DNA from: Octopus vulgaris
Lineage: Eukaryota
Reading direction: 5' to 3'
Assembly: GCA_951406725.2 (NCBI GenBank)
Contig: OX597814.1
Coordinates: 169,218,001-169,280,000, forward strand
DNA length: 62,000 bases
Made by a program: the position numbers and the translations under genes. Below are positions 26,155-38,816 of the stretch, piece by piece. The notes below the pieces were generated by a model, which saw only the letters and a list, made by a program, of their open reading frames with translations, was not told where the DNA came from and did not search any database. The stretch's first letter is position 1. Each line of letters starts with the position of its first letter.

Positions 26155-26984
26155 TTGATTGTAGGTTCATTTGTTTATAGATTAAATTTGTTGATTGGTG
26201 GTTCATTTGTTTATAGATTAAATCTTTTGATTGGTGGTCCATTTGTTTATAGATTAAATTTTTTGATTGGTGGTCCATTTGTTTATAGATTAAATTTTTT
26301 TTTATTGGTGGCCCATTTGTTTATAGATTAAATTTTTTGATTGGTGGTCCATTTGTTTATAGATTAAATTTGTTGATTGGTGGTTCATTTGTTTATAGAT
26401 TAAATTTTTTGATTGGTGGTCCATTTGTTTATAGATTAAATTTTCTGATTGGTGGTCCATTTGTTTATAGATTAAATTTTTTGATTGGTGGTCCATTTGT
26501 TTATAGATTAAATTTGTTGATTGGTGGTTCATTTGTTTATAGATTAAATTTTTTGATTGGTGGCCCATTTGTTTATAGATTAAATTTTTTGATTGGTGGT
26601 CCATTTGTTTATAGATTAAATTTGTTGATTGGTGGTTCATTTGTTTATAGATAAATTTTTTTGGATTGGTGGCCCATTTGTTTATAGATTAAATTTTTTG
26701 ATTGGTGGTCCATTTGTTTATAGATTAAATTTTTTGATTGGTGGTCCATTTGTTTATAGATAAATTTTTTTGGATTGGTGGCCCATTTGTTTATAGATTA
26801 AATTTTCTGATTGGTGGTCCATTTGTTTATAGATTAAATTTGTTGATTGGTGGTCTATTTGTTTATAGATTAAATTTTCTGATTGGTGGTCCATTTGTTT
26901 ATAGATTAAATTTTTTGATTGGTGGTCCATTTGTTTATAGATTAAATTTTTTGATTGGGGGTCCATTTGTTTATAGATTAAATT
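26155..26984. repeat. 36-bp minisatellite, about 23 units
   Basis: Unit TTGATTGGTGGTCCATTTGTTTATAGATTAAATTTT, with minor variants and no spacers. Confidence 0.95.
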
Positions 26985-27370
26985 ATTCACATTCTCATAC
27001 AACATTATATTTCTGGTTAAAGGATAAATGATGCTCAAAAAATCTGACAGTCCACAGTACCCATGTGAGGAATATAGCTGAGGAATACAAAGAGGTTACC
27101 CAACACTTCAACAGTTTCTTCATCTTTGGAAGTGTTTCCAAATTGGTAGGCTAGTGATAGTCTGTAAGGATAGTCACTTGAACTGGAAAATCAATGGTGA
27201 TTTATATAGGATTGAATTGGATTCGAAAGTCAGTTCAAATAATTAAACCAACCTATGATCAAAAGTATTGCAATCATGACCATTGTTTTTTTTGTTCTTT
27301 TTGTTTCTGGAATAGTGTGCTGTGGAGTACATTATTCAGCGCATCCTTTTCTAAGATGATTGGGTGCAGT

Positions 27371-27822
27371 TTAACCCTTTTGATACCAACCCACCGGAAA
27401 CCACCTCTGACTCTGTAGTACAAATGTCTTGTTTTCAAAAGTTCAGAGTTAAAATCTTCTGCCAAACCATAGTCTTTTATGTTCCTAACACTAACTTAAC
27501 CCTTTTGTTACTGTATTTATTTTGAGATGCTCTGTGTTTCTTTCAATTACTTTAAATATAACAAAGAATATAATAAAAGAACTTGGTTTTCATTCAGCTA
27601 GTGTTAGGAACATAAATTGTGACTGAGGTTTGGTGAAAGATTCTAATTAAAAATTTATGAAAACAAGACATTTGTACTCAGGGCCAGAGCCGGTTTCAGC
27701 TGGGTTGGTAATGAAAGGGTTGATGATAACTAAGTTATCTTACTCAATTCTTTGTTATATTTAAAAATTCATTGAAAGAAACACAGATTATGTCAAAAGA
27801 AATATGGTGACAAAAGGGTTAA
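27371..27822. mobile_element. Two interleaved piggyBac-like MITEs (TTAA-CCCT termini)
   Basis: Inverted pair 27371-27495 / 27595-27723 (TTAACCCTTTTGATACCAACCCA...TGGGTTGGTAATGAAAGGGTTGA). A second pair lies at 27496-27570 / 27745-27822 (TTAACCCTTTTGTTAC...GTGACAAAAGGGTTAA). Confidence 0.6.
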
Positions 27823-28900
27823 GGGAGATTTGGTTGCTGTTTCTTACCAGTTGAACAACGACATAGGTGTATGTTGTAGTGGTGTGAGATGATGTGGAAG
27901 TTAACATTTGGAAAATGATTCCTCATCTGTATTTCATATCATGATGCTTCGTTTTTATTTTTATTTCTTCGTCTATGCAATCACATTGCTAAAGATAGTT
28001 GTGACAAAGATTACCTCATTCGCCCATACAGAAACCTTGACAACCAGGTGCAGTTTATAGTCACAGAGAAAGCAACTAGGTGCAGACATATATAAACATG
28101 TACGCTGACATGCAGACACACGTATACACATACATACTTAAGTGCCTCCAAGCTATCATGTTGTGTAGGAAATGTCAGTTATGTGAAGAAGATATTTTGC
28201 TGTGTAGAATGCATGCAAGAAATTACAATGCCATGAGACATGATGTCAATGAAATGCACACACACACACACACACATACACACATGCATACACATACACA
28301 CACATATGTAGTAACAAAAATGCTAAAAACTGCTCAATTAAACTATAGTTCATTTTATTAGTTACTCAGTTATTTTCCTTATTGGATATTTTATTTTTAA
28401 TGTTATAAATCATATATTATGGATTGTTAATCATATTTTGCTGATAACTAACTATTAAAAGATTTGATTATCAATAATCTTTTAATATGATTGTTAATGA
28501 TAAACTAAAACTACCAAAGCTAATTCAACATTCATCTTTACACAAAGTGAGATAAGCTACACGTTTATGGAGTGGTTTAATTTAAAGTTTCTAGATTTAA
28601 TAATTAAGCAATCTTTTCTGTTAATTTGATTATTAATAATAAAACTAAAACTACCACAGCATTTTTAACGTTTATCTCTGTAAAATACGATAAAACTACA
28701 GTGTGTTGATAGAATGGTTTAAATTAGTTAATAGATGTTAGGCTCAGGGAAAGGCTGTGTAGTAAGAAGTTTGCTTTCCAACAAAATGGCTCTTGGCTCA
28801 GTCCCACTGCATGACATGTTGGGTAAGTGTCTTCTACTATAGCCTCAGGCCAATCAAAGCATTATGACTGAATTTTGTAAAAGGAAGCTGTCAGAAGTCC

Positions 28901-28935
<35 letters not shown>

Positions 28936-29030
28936 CTTGACATTGCATAATAAACAAGTGTCCCTGACATGTGAGCAGTGTCTGTTTCCAGTATCCTTTG
29001 AAATCATCCCTGCCTGGTCATGGGGAAATA

Positions 29031-29593
29031 TTGGGTTGTCCGGAAAGTTTATGCCGATTTATAGCAGCTTACCTTTCGACTATTTTAGAACATGGTTGAG
29101 TCCATAAAATAGGATTTGCCTACTCTTCCATTTAGAGCACAGTTTAAGCTATCTTTTCACGGAAGAAGGTTTATGTTCCTATAACCTGTGTTAATTCTGT
29201 AACCCTAAAATGGAAGATAAGAAAGTTCATTTTCGGCACTTGATGCTTTGGGAACCAGACAAAAATTGCTGCAGCTTGGCTGGGATGTGTTACCTTACCC
29301 TCCATATTCACCAGATATTGCTCCTTCAGATTTCCACTTATTCAGGTCTCTGTAGTATAATCTTAATGGTAAAAATTTCAATTCCTTGGATGATGTAAAA
29401 AGATATCTTGATGAATTCTTTGCCATGAAACCACCTCAATTCTGGGGAGAGGGTATTTTCAAGTTAAAGGAAAGATGGAGACACAAAGTGCAACAAAATG
29501 GTTCATATTTGGTTGATTAAAAATGTAATGGCAAGTATTTCTTGACCTTTTTCTTTCCTTTAAAAATCGGCACGAACTTTCTGGACAACCCAA
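29031..29593 (+). mobile_element. Internally deleted mariner element
   Basis: TIRs TTGGGTTGTCCGGAAAGTT / AACTTTCTGGACAACCCAA with TA TSDs. The transposase start MEDKKVHFRHLMLWE is fused to the C-terminus QLGWDVLPYPPYSPDIAPSDFHLFRSL. Confidence 0.92.
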
Positions 29594-30531
29594 TATTACA
29601 TTACTAGGAAACAGGTAAGTGTTGGCAAGAGGAAGAACATTCAGCTGTAGAAAATCAGCCTCAACAAATTCTCTCTGACACATGCTAGCATGGAAAAAGT
29701 GGACATTAAAATGATGATGATGATTTAATAATTGAACAGAGAGGAGTGGTGAGTTTCTAAATTTGTAGAGCAGGGAATAAAACGCCATGTGATAAGTTGT
29801 TAATTTCCCATTAAGTTGTAATTTCAAATGCCTCTGACTTCAGCTTTGACTTTTAGTTTTTCTAAAAGGAGTGAAAAAAGAAATAAAATTAAGTATTGAC
29901 TTGATTTAAGCAGCTTCTCCCAAAATTGTAAGCATGCTTTTATATATGCATGTGAGTGTATGTAATAAATATAGAATGATATCGTTTTATTCATGTGGCA
30001 TGTAATAAATATAGAATGATATTTTATTCATGTGGTTCCTTCTAGTTATGGTCATTGTACAAGGGAGATAGCCATCCCCTCACAGCACAAGGTTGGATTA
30101 GACATTTCAATTTGAAATTAAAGAATACATGGAAAAAGGTGCATAGATTTCATATATTTAAATTTTTTTTTATCTATCATGAAGTTTTTATAATTTCAAA
30201 TTTGCAACAATCATGTATATCTCTATTTTGTTCTTTTTAGAAATCTTCATCATAATTTAGTCTGTAACATACTAATTAGATATATTGCAGAGAGAGACAT
30301 TTCATTAAAATTAAAGATGAAATTAATTACAATCTGGAAGAAATTCATGGAATATATATATACTTTTATTTCATTGAACATAAGTAGTTTAAGAATGGAG
30401 AGAAAGAGAAAGACATTTTTAGTGTCTGATTCTTTTCCAACTCATGAATTCCTTAAAAATCAAAGGCTACATTTGATTTCTATAGTAGATGAAAGTGTAA
30501 ATCCATACTATGTGTAAGTCTGTAATTCTTA

Positions 30532-30713
30532 CAGTTCTATATTTAAAAGATGAGGAATTATGTACATTATTTACATTATTTACATTCGACGGATATTTGT
30601 CCTCATCTTGTTTATTGTTAACACATATGGGCATTTGGCATAGTGGTTAAGAGCGTGAGCTACTAACCCCAAGATTCCGAGCTCGATTCCAAGCAGTGAC
30701 CTGAACAATAATG

Positions 30714-30744
<31 letters not shown>

Positions 30745-30981
30745 CTATTTCTTTACTACCCACAAGGGGCTAAACATAGAGAGAACAAACAAGGACAGAC
30801 AAATGGATTAAGTCGATTATATCGACCCCAGTGCATAACTGGTACTTAATTTATCGACCCCGAAAGGATGAAAGGCAAAGTTAACCTCGGCGGAATTTGA
30901 ACTCAGAATGTAACGGCAGACGAAATAGGCTACACATTTCACCTGGCGTGCTAACGGTTCTGCCAGCTTGCTACCTATTAC

Positions 30982-31030
<49 letters not shown>

Positions 31031-31177
31031 TTGAAGAATACCTTAGGAATGAGAACCCAGGTTTGAAATTTCCACAAGACACCTGGAGAAGGCTGGAGGG
31101 TATATCAGCCGTAAAGTTGTATTAACAACAAACAAGATAAGGACAAATATCCGTAGAATGTAAATAATGTAAATAAT
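30532..31177 (+). mobile_element. Penelope-like element with inverted termini, secondarily filled by SINEs
   Basis: Inverted repeat of about 60 bp (30563-30623 / 31119-31179). The 14-bp direct repeat GTCTGTAATTCTTA lies at 30518 and 31178. A degenerate hammerhead lies at 31079-31122. Confidence 0.65.
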
Positions 31178-31690
31178 GTCTGTAATTCTTAATGCAGAAA
31201 AATTTCAATCTAGTACTTGCCAATTGTACAGGGCAGCCACTGCTTATTGCAGGGGACTATATTTCCCATTATACCTTAGTACAAGGTAGTAAGCATGGAA
31301 AAGCAAGGTGTTTGATTCCATTCTTTTACTTTACAAAAATACTTAGCAATATGAAGCAACACAAAGCCCTGTCCAGTAATCTATCTGTTAGGCTTACAAG
31401 TCTCTGAAGAATACTTCCAGAATCTGTAGTTTCCAAAATGAAGTACCACAGACAAACATTCATACCCATTTTTTTCAACCAATACCCATTAACCTTATCA
31501 CACTGCCTCAAAACATACAGACAGCCTCACATGCAGGACATCACATTCCCATCCACCTAGTATTTTCCAGATTCTGGTGCACATCAACTCTGACTTCTTA
31601 AATGCCAGAGAAACCTGTCTCCAAAATACTAGTATTAAAGTAGACCTATGAAATCCAGTGTTGGATTAACCTAATAGCATGTTTAGCATA

Positions 31691-31993
31691 GTGGAGGCAC
31701 ATGACCTAGTAGTTAGAGCAGCAGACTCGCGGTCAAGGGATCGCAGGTTCAAATCTCAGACCAGGCAATGTGTGTGTTTATGAGCGAAACACCTAAGCTC
31801 CACGTGGCTCCAGCAGAAGGTAATGGCAAAATTCTGCTGACTCTTTCGCCAAAACTTTCTCTCACTCTTTCCTCCTGCATCTTGCAGCTCATCTTTGACA
31901 GACTGGTGTCCCATCCAGGTGGGGAACCTATACGCTAAAGAAACCGGGAAACCAGCCCTTATGAGCCAGGCATGGCTCAAGAAGGAACAAACT
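31691..31993 (+). mobile_element. SINE family D copy
   Basis: Homologous to 23860-24152; 11-bp TSD TGTTTAGCATA at 31680 and 31994. Confidence 0.88.
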
Positions 31994-32253
31994 TGTTTAG
32001 CATATACAACACGTTCTGCATTGTTAGGCATTCTGTATCAAATACATTGAGCTGACAGAATCACTAGAGAACTGAACAAAATACTTTGTGGTATTTCTTT
32101 TAGTTCTTTATGTTCTGAGTTCAAATCCCACTGAGGTTAGCTTTACTTCTCATCCTTTGATAAAATAAAGTAACGGTCAAGTACTAGGGTTGATATAATT
32201 AACTTGTTCCTCTCCTAAAATCTCTGGCTTTGTGCCAAAATTAGAAAGAATTA

Positions 32254-32285
<32 letters not shown>

Positions 32286-33232
32286 CATCATCATCATCAT
32301 CATCATCATTATTATTAATATTATTAGTAGTAGTATTAGTATTATTATTATTAGTATTATTATTATTATCATCATCATCATCATCATCATCATCATTATT
32401 ATTATTATTATTATAGTATTTCTATTGTCTTCAAATTTTATATATAACTGAGTTTTTAAAGTTGATCCAGTATTTAGAATACTTCTAAAATTCAGTTCAG
32501 TTTGAATGTGACAAATTTCAATAATAAAATTGAATAGTGATAATTAAATGGGCAGATTTAATTTGTTTTTATCAGATGCTAATTCATATACAAAATAAAG
32601 AACTTCTAGTTCTCTATTTTGGCACATTAAACTCATCATACAGTAATTGAAATTATTATTTTTCTCATAAATAAGATCAGCTGAATGAATCAGATTATTA
32701 TTAATATATTATTGACACCTTAATGCTAACCATTCCCATTAAATCAAATCAGAATTTTTAAACAGGAAAAGAAATATTTTATAATGTATAGTTTTTATTT
32801 ATTTAACCTTCTGCTATTAAGGAAAACTCTAGTAGGAAAAAAAAAAAAGGGAAAATACAAGTTTAAATAATTAATATAGTCTCATTTTCAACCATATACT
32901 ATGAAAGCAAATTTACATTATATTAGAGATCTGCATCAGGAGAGAATATATTTAACATTTTGCATTTTAGTTGCTTAAAGTAACACTGATATTAGTGAAT
33001 TCACACAATGTTGTTGCATTTAAGCTTTATGGTTTTAGGTTTGGAAGAAGGATCCAGCTATTCAAAATCATTTTTTAATCTATCACGTCTAAGCTGCATT
33101 TTTCTTAGGTTTAACCTTCTAAATGTCACAACTCAACTAGCAAGCAGATATCAAGTTTTAGATCAAAATGATAAATAGTGGAAGACTTGCATTAAATTTG
33201 GTTACATTACACTCCTTTGCAAATTAGCCTGT

Positions 33233-33640
33233 AGGTACAGGAGTGGCTGTTGTGGTAAGAACCTTACTTCCCAACCACATGGTTCCGGGTTCAGTTCCAC
33301 TGTGTGGCACTTTGGGCAAATGTCTTCTTCTATAGCCTCAGACTGACCAAAGCTTTGTGAGAGGATTTCATAGATGGAAACTGAAAGAAGCCTGTTGTAT
33401 ATATATCTATGTGTGTGTGTGTGTGTATTTGTATGTCTGTGTTTGCCCCCACCCCACCATCGCTTGACAACCGATGCTGGTGTGTTTATGTCCCCATAAC
33501 TTAGCAGTTCAGTAAAAGAGACCGATAGAATAAGTACTAGGCTTACAAAGAATAAATCCTGGGGTTGATTTATTCCACCAAAGGCAGTGCTCCAGCATGG
33601 CCACAGTCAAAATAACTGAAACAAGTAAAAAGAGTAAAAA
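33233..33640 (+). mobile_element. SINE family A copy
   Basis: Complete head, microsatellite, body and tail. Confidence 0.85.
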
Positions 33641-33949
33641 AAAGAATACTCTCTTGCACTTTTACTCTTTTACTTGTTTCAATCATTTTGATTGTGGCCA
33701 TGCTGGTGCACTGCCTTTAGTGAAACAAATCGACCCCAAGACTTATTCTTTGTAAGCCTAGTACTTATTCTATCAGTCTCTTTTGCCGAACTGCTAAGTT
33801 ACGGGGATGTAAACATACCAACATCGGTTGTCAAGCAATGGTGGGTGGGGACAAACACAGAAACGCAGACTATACACACAAATATATACATATATAGATA
33901 CATAGATACATACTCACATACATACATACATACATACATAGATACATAC

Positions 33950-34290
33950 ATTGGTATTGGTATTGGCATCCTTTCTGTCTCGGGAGACAATTGAGTTGCG
34001 CATGTTTTTTTTGTTTTTTTTGTAGTCTAGTCCGGCTTTTATATTTCATGTCCTGATACATTTTCTGCTGTGTCTGTGTAGTCCTATCCTGGACAAACAC
34101 TCCCTCTGGCAGGTACTGCAAATGTAGCGAAGACTGTTCCTGGCTGGTTGTAGTGCCATAGTCTCTTGTTTACATCTCTTCCTTTCTTTCCATTTCTCCT
34201 CTCTCTCTCTGTCACTCTTTTGTATTCCCTCTTTTACTGTACGTTGCCATTCTCCACGGTTGCCGGCAACTGCCTCCCAACCGCTAATAT
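33950..34290 (-). mobile_element. RTE-BovB-like LINE 3' end inside a minus-strand family A SINE
   Basis: The minus ORF ends YICSTCQRECLSRIGLHRHSRKC, the C2H2-like terminus of RTE ORF2. It is followed by ATTGTCTCCCGAGACAGAAAGGATGCC and an (AATACC)n tail. Confidence 0.8.
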
Positions 34291-35270
34291 TGATATTGAT
34301 ACATACATACATACATACATATATACGACGGGCTTCTTTCAGTTTCAATCCACCAAATCCACTCACAAGGCTTTGGTTGGCATAAAGCTAAAGTAGAAGA
34401 CACTTGCTTGACAACCGATGTTGGCTGTTATTTCTACATGGGTGGGTGAACCATATACAAAACTTCCTCCTTGGGGCTTAATACTGCAGTTTTTGAAAGC
34501 AGTAGAATATATGATGTTACAGCAAGAAAATTATTTAATTGATGAGCATTTCGTTAACTTTTATTAGTGAACTTGATTCTGAAATCCTCCCATGGGTTTG
34601 ATGAAGGCAAAAAAAAAAAATAAATAAAAGATAAAACATCAGTGTGTGTAACTTTAATTTAATCTCAAAGTCTTCAGTTGTTCTGCTGTGACATGATAAT
34701 GCTGTAGTGTAAGTATACTACGATGACAAGAATTATTGGAAATGGAAATTTAATTCATCTGATTCAATCCTATAAACCATCTCTTCCCTTACATTTTATT
34801 TAGAGCTATCTTTCCTCTACTTACTGTCAGAAAGCCAATGCCAATGATTTCAAACAGCTAAGTATAGACTAGCACGAGACTCATGCTTTAAATGTCAGAT
34901 TTATACAATTGGTGACTAGCGTTAAATTTGTTGAAATTTCTCAAGAAGAAAAGAAAAAAAAATTGCTTTCCTAAGTTAAGTATGTTTATCAAAGATCTAC
35001 ATTGTGAGAACATGATAATATAGTTTGTTATCCTTTTATTCTTTTACTTGTTTCAGTCGTTTGACTGCGGCCATGCTGGAGCACTGCCGTAAAGGGGTTT
35101 TTTTAGTTGAAGAAATCTATCCCATGACTTATTCTTTGTAAGCCTAGTACTTATTCTATCAGTCTCTTTTGCCGAAGTGGTAAGTTACGGGGGATGTAAA
35201 CACGCCAACACAAAGACACACTCATGCCAGCATGAAAGGCGAATGTTAAATGATGATGATGATATATATG

Positions 35271-35307
<37 letters not shown>

Positions 35308-35342
35308 AAAAAAATTTTTTTCACAATTATAATTTATTAAAT

Positions 35343-35453
35343 TCTCTGAAGAGGCCGTGGGGCATCCTTGTTAATGTCTCATTTATACCTGCCTTATATG
35401 GCTTATAGGTTAAATGAGGCATGATTGCCCTTACTGCCGAAACAGCTGTCAGA
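35343..35453 (+). ncRNA. Type I hammerhead ribozyme motif with extended stem II
   Basis: tct CTGAAGA GGC...GCC GAAAC AGCT GTC aga, with a canonical core and a GUC triplet at 35448-35450. Stem II has nested pairs GGGCA/TGCCC, CTCATTTA/TAAATGAG, ACCT/AGGT and GCC/GGC. AATAAA follows downstream near 35560. Confidence 0.8.
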
Positions 35454-35671
35454 TATGATATAATTACATATTATATTTTATATTTTATATTTCTATTTCC
35501 TTGTCTAATTATATTTACAATATATTTTGTATAATGCCTTTACTGTTATGTAATGGTGTAATAAAGTATTGATTGGGTATCATCTGTTGGTTGATGTTTG
35601 ATTGATTTAAGTATGTTTCTCCATTTTCTAATTTTGTATATATATATATATATATATGTATATGTATATAT

Positions 35672-35990
35672 ATAAATATAAGAGAGTAACCACTATGTGG
35701 TCGACTCTAGCACTAAAAATAGATCCGCTAGGTTTCAGCCACAAAGAATTGTTTCTGATGAAAGTTAGCACGACTACTAGCGCAAACGAACAGGGCAAAT
35801 AAAAATAACAAAAATGCAGAAAACCTAGCGGATCTATTTTTAGTGCTAGAGTTGACCACATAGTGGTTACTCTCTTATATTTATGTATAAAATTTATCGT
35901 AATCCAGGTTTTTATGCACTAAGCCACTTGGTGTTAAATGGATGTACTATTAAATTAGTATCCAATTTTCTCACCCTTATTAGTTTATAT
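35672..35990 (+). mobile_element. Short copy of the 38.8-39.6 kb fold-back family
   Basis: Arms of about 64 bp (35672-35735 / 35821-35884), plus a right-only tail matching 39512-39620. Confidence 0.8.
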
Positions 35991-36639
35991 GTATATATAT
36001 ATAATAATGGCCTTCTTTCAGTTTCCATCTACCAAATCCACTCACAAGGTTTTGGTCAACCTGAGGCTATAATTGAAGACACTTGCTGAAGGTGCCATAC
36101 AGTGGGACTGAACCCAGAACCATGTGTTGGAAACAAGCTTCTTACCACACAACCATGCCTGTGCCTATATTGGTTGTTTTACTTTTGCACTTTTTTCTTT
36201 TAAAATGATAGAAAAGTTGATTTAAAAGAGGGAAAGATGATATGGGGTGGGGTTGGGTGATAATGTGAAACCCACCATATTTGTGTATATAAAATTAATG
36301 TTGTTAGTTAACTTTTGCAATTCATCTCCATGATGATCATTAAGCAAGTACCAATAATATACTGAAGGATAGTTGGCTGTATGCTTCTGTCAAAACCTAT
36401 AGCTTTATGCCTATATTTAAAATCATTATTTTCTTTAGCTCATTTCACTGATGAATTCTAACATTCCTAGGGACAATTTTTAATTGCCATTTGTCTTGGG
36501 TGTTGACAAAATAGGTACCAAGTGAATAAATACTTAGGTCAACTTGACAAATTAAACCTGTCTTTATGAATTTGTATCCCTGAAAGTGCAAGTATGTCTG
36601 AGTAGATGCAGAGTTCCTTCTACAGTTAAGGAGTGACTC

Positions 36640-37040
36640 TTCCTCACACAGCTGTCTTCATTCATACATAACACATGGTTATACCAGTGCAGCCGCTTCT
36701 CTTGCACACCACATTTGATGCTTCTCATGCCCAACTTTTCTCTCAGGGCGCTTACACTCTGTCATGTATGCACACTGACATTACACATCCAGGGGATCAT
36801 ACTAGCTTCATTTCTTTCATTTCTACGCATGTCCTCAGCATTCAAGGCCCATGTTTCAGTGCTGTGTAGCATGGCAGTTTGCACACATGCATCATACAGT
36901 TTACCTTTCACCCTGAGTGAGAAGCCCTTAGTTGCCAGCAGAAGTAGGAGCTCCCTGCACTTTGCCCAAGCTATTCTTACTCTAGTCACTACACTCTCAG
37001 AGCAACTGCCCCTAATACAGACTTGGTTGCCTAGGTAGCA
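36640..37040 (-). mobile_element. RTE LINE RT C-terminal fragment
   Basis: RIAWAKCRELLLLLATKGFSLRVKGKLYDACVQTAMLHSTETW matches the RTE LYGSETW region. Confidence 0.8.
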
Positions 37041-37469
37041 GAAGCTATTAACTGCTTATAGTTTCTCCCCGTGGCATGTAATGGAATCTGTTTTCTATAC
37101 ATCTTCAGTGTTTATTGCCCCAGTGCATCTGCCATACGTAAAAACTATTCACCGTTTTCTATTTGTCTGTCTGTCTCCCTCTTCCACTTTTACTCTCTCT
37201 CATTGCTCACACGTGACCATCGTCCATCTTTCCTTTCCTCATGTGATCATCTTTCTTTTCCTTCAGTCTGTCATACAGACCAGACGCATTCTTATCTGTC
37301 TCCTTTTCTATCTTTTCTCTTGTCAAAGAATATTCCTCCAGTGTTTGTTACCTTACCTCGTCTGGCCCTCCATGTTTGTTTTCATTTGGTTTGTCATATG
37401 TCTCCACTGTCCTGTTTTTGTTACCAACTTTGACCCTCCGCAAATCCCAAATTTTATTTTGCTTTGCGA

Positions 37470-37625
37470 GAGCAACTGTTTTATGAAGCCTCATATTGTC
37501 GTTAATTGCTCGAAATCTTTCTTTATGTTACTTGTTTTGTTTTCCATTTATTTCTCTCATTGTTCTAATTCCCAAGTTTGCCTTCGTATTTCATGTTGTT
37601 TACGTTTTGTGACGTCCTGTATCCA
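37470..37625 (+). repeat. Dispersed repeat also present at 41115-41270
   Basis: About 150 bp near-identical (GAAGCCTCATATT...GTGACGTCCTGTA), each copy ending in (AT)n. Confidence 0.8.
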
Positions 37626-37629
37626 TATA

Positions 37630-37698
<69 letters not shown>

Positions 37699-37769
37699 AA
37701 AAACGGTAAGATAACAAAAGAAAGAAAGAGACCTCAATATTATGTAAATAGAGGAAATTTATCCGTAAA

Positions 37770-37829
37770 ATAACCGAAGAGATGGTATTGTGGATTTCCA
37801 CCTCGGCATCCAAATCTCAGAGTTTTATC
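37770..37829 (+). ncRNA. Degenerate hammerhead-like motif
   Basis: ataa CCGAAGA GATG...CATC C AAAT CTCAGAGT t ttat. Stems I and II pair, but the GAAA is mutated. Confidence 0.4.
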
Positions 37830-37865
37830 TTGGCTATTGAATAATTGTCACATATTATTTTACAG

Positions 37866-37896
<31 letters not shown>

Positions 37897-37955
37897 TGTA
37901 AGTATGTACATATATGTATGCAAATATGTATATATATTTATTTATATAATTATAT

Positions 37956-38068
<113 letters not shown>

Positions 38069-38699
38069 ATATATTTGTATCATCATCATCATCATCGTTT
38101 ATAGATATATATGTGTATGTATATGTGTATAAATTTGTGTGTGTATATGTGTATACATTTGTGTCTGTATGTATATGTGTACACGTTTGTGTATGTGTGT
38201 GTGTATATATATGTATAAATATACAAACACACACGCACACACACATATATATGTTTGTGTATGTGTCTACATGTGTGTGTGTCTGCGTGTGTATGTATAC
38301 ACACACACACACACTTACACGAGGGCTTCAGGTCCTAGACCAGCTGATGCATTGTGTTCAGCTCACGTTGCTTTGCAATTACTTTTGACGTGTGACATAT
38401 CGTATACTGTGCACCTGGTCAGGTAACATAGAATTGATGGAGGGAGTGAATTCCATCAAATACACTGCACATGTAAGTCAAGGAACCAGCTTTATTGCAC
38501 GTTGTGTTAAATTAAATCTGTGCATAATATTGAGTATCACATTCAGTACAAACATTTTATCACTATAAACAAAATTGTTTGTGTAGTTTGTTCAGCAAGA
38601 AATTGTAGAATCATATGTCTTGGATCACTAGAAACTCTAGTACTTATGCATAATATATTCTATATATATCCTAGATTTGTGTGTGTGTATATGTATATT

Positions 38700-38815
<116 letters not shown>

Positions 38816-38816
38816 C

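Noticed and set aside
26155-26984. CRISPR array or repeat-protein gene
   Set aside because: The units are contiguous with no unique spacers, the context is eukaryotic, and 1-bp indels break the frame.
30625-30705. tRNA gene (also other SINE heads)
   Set aside because: A/B-box-like motifs are present but there is no complete cloverleaf, and they continue into SINE or simple-repeat sequence.
37480-37520. Hammerhead in the 37470/41115 repeat (AGC...GCT CGAAA)
   Set aside because: The core reads TTTAYGA in both copies, with no palindromic stem III or stem I.
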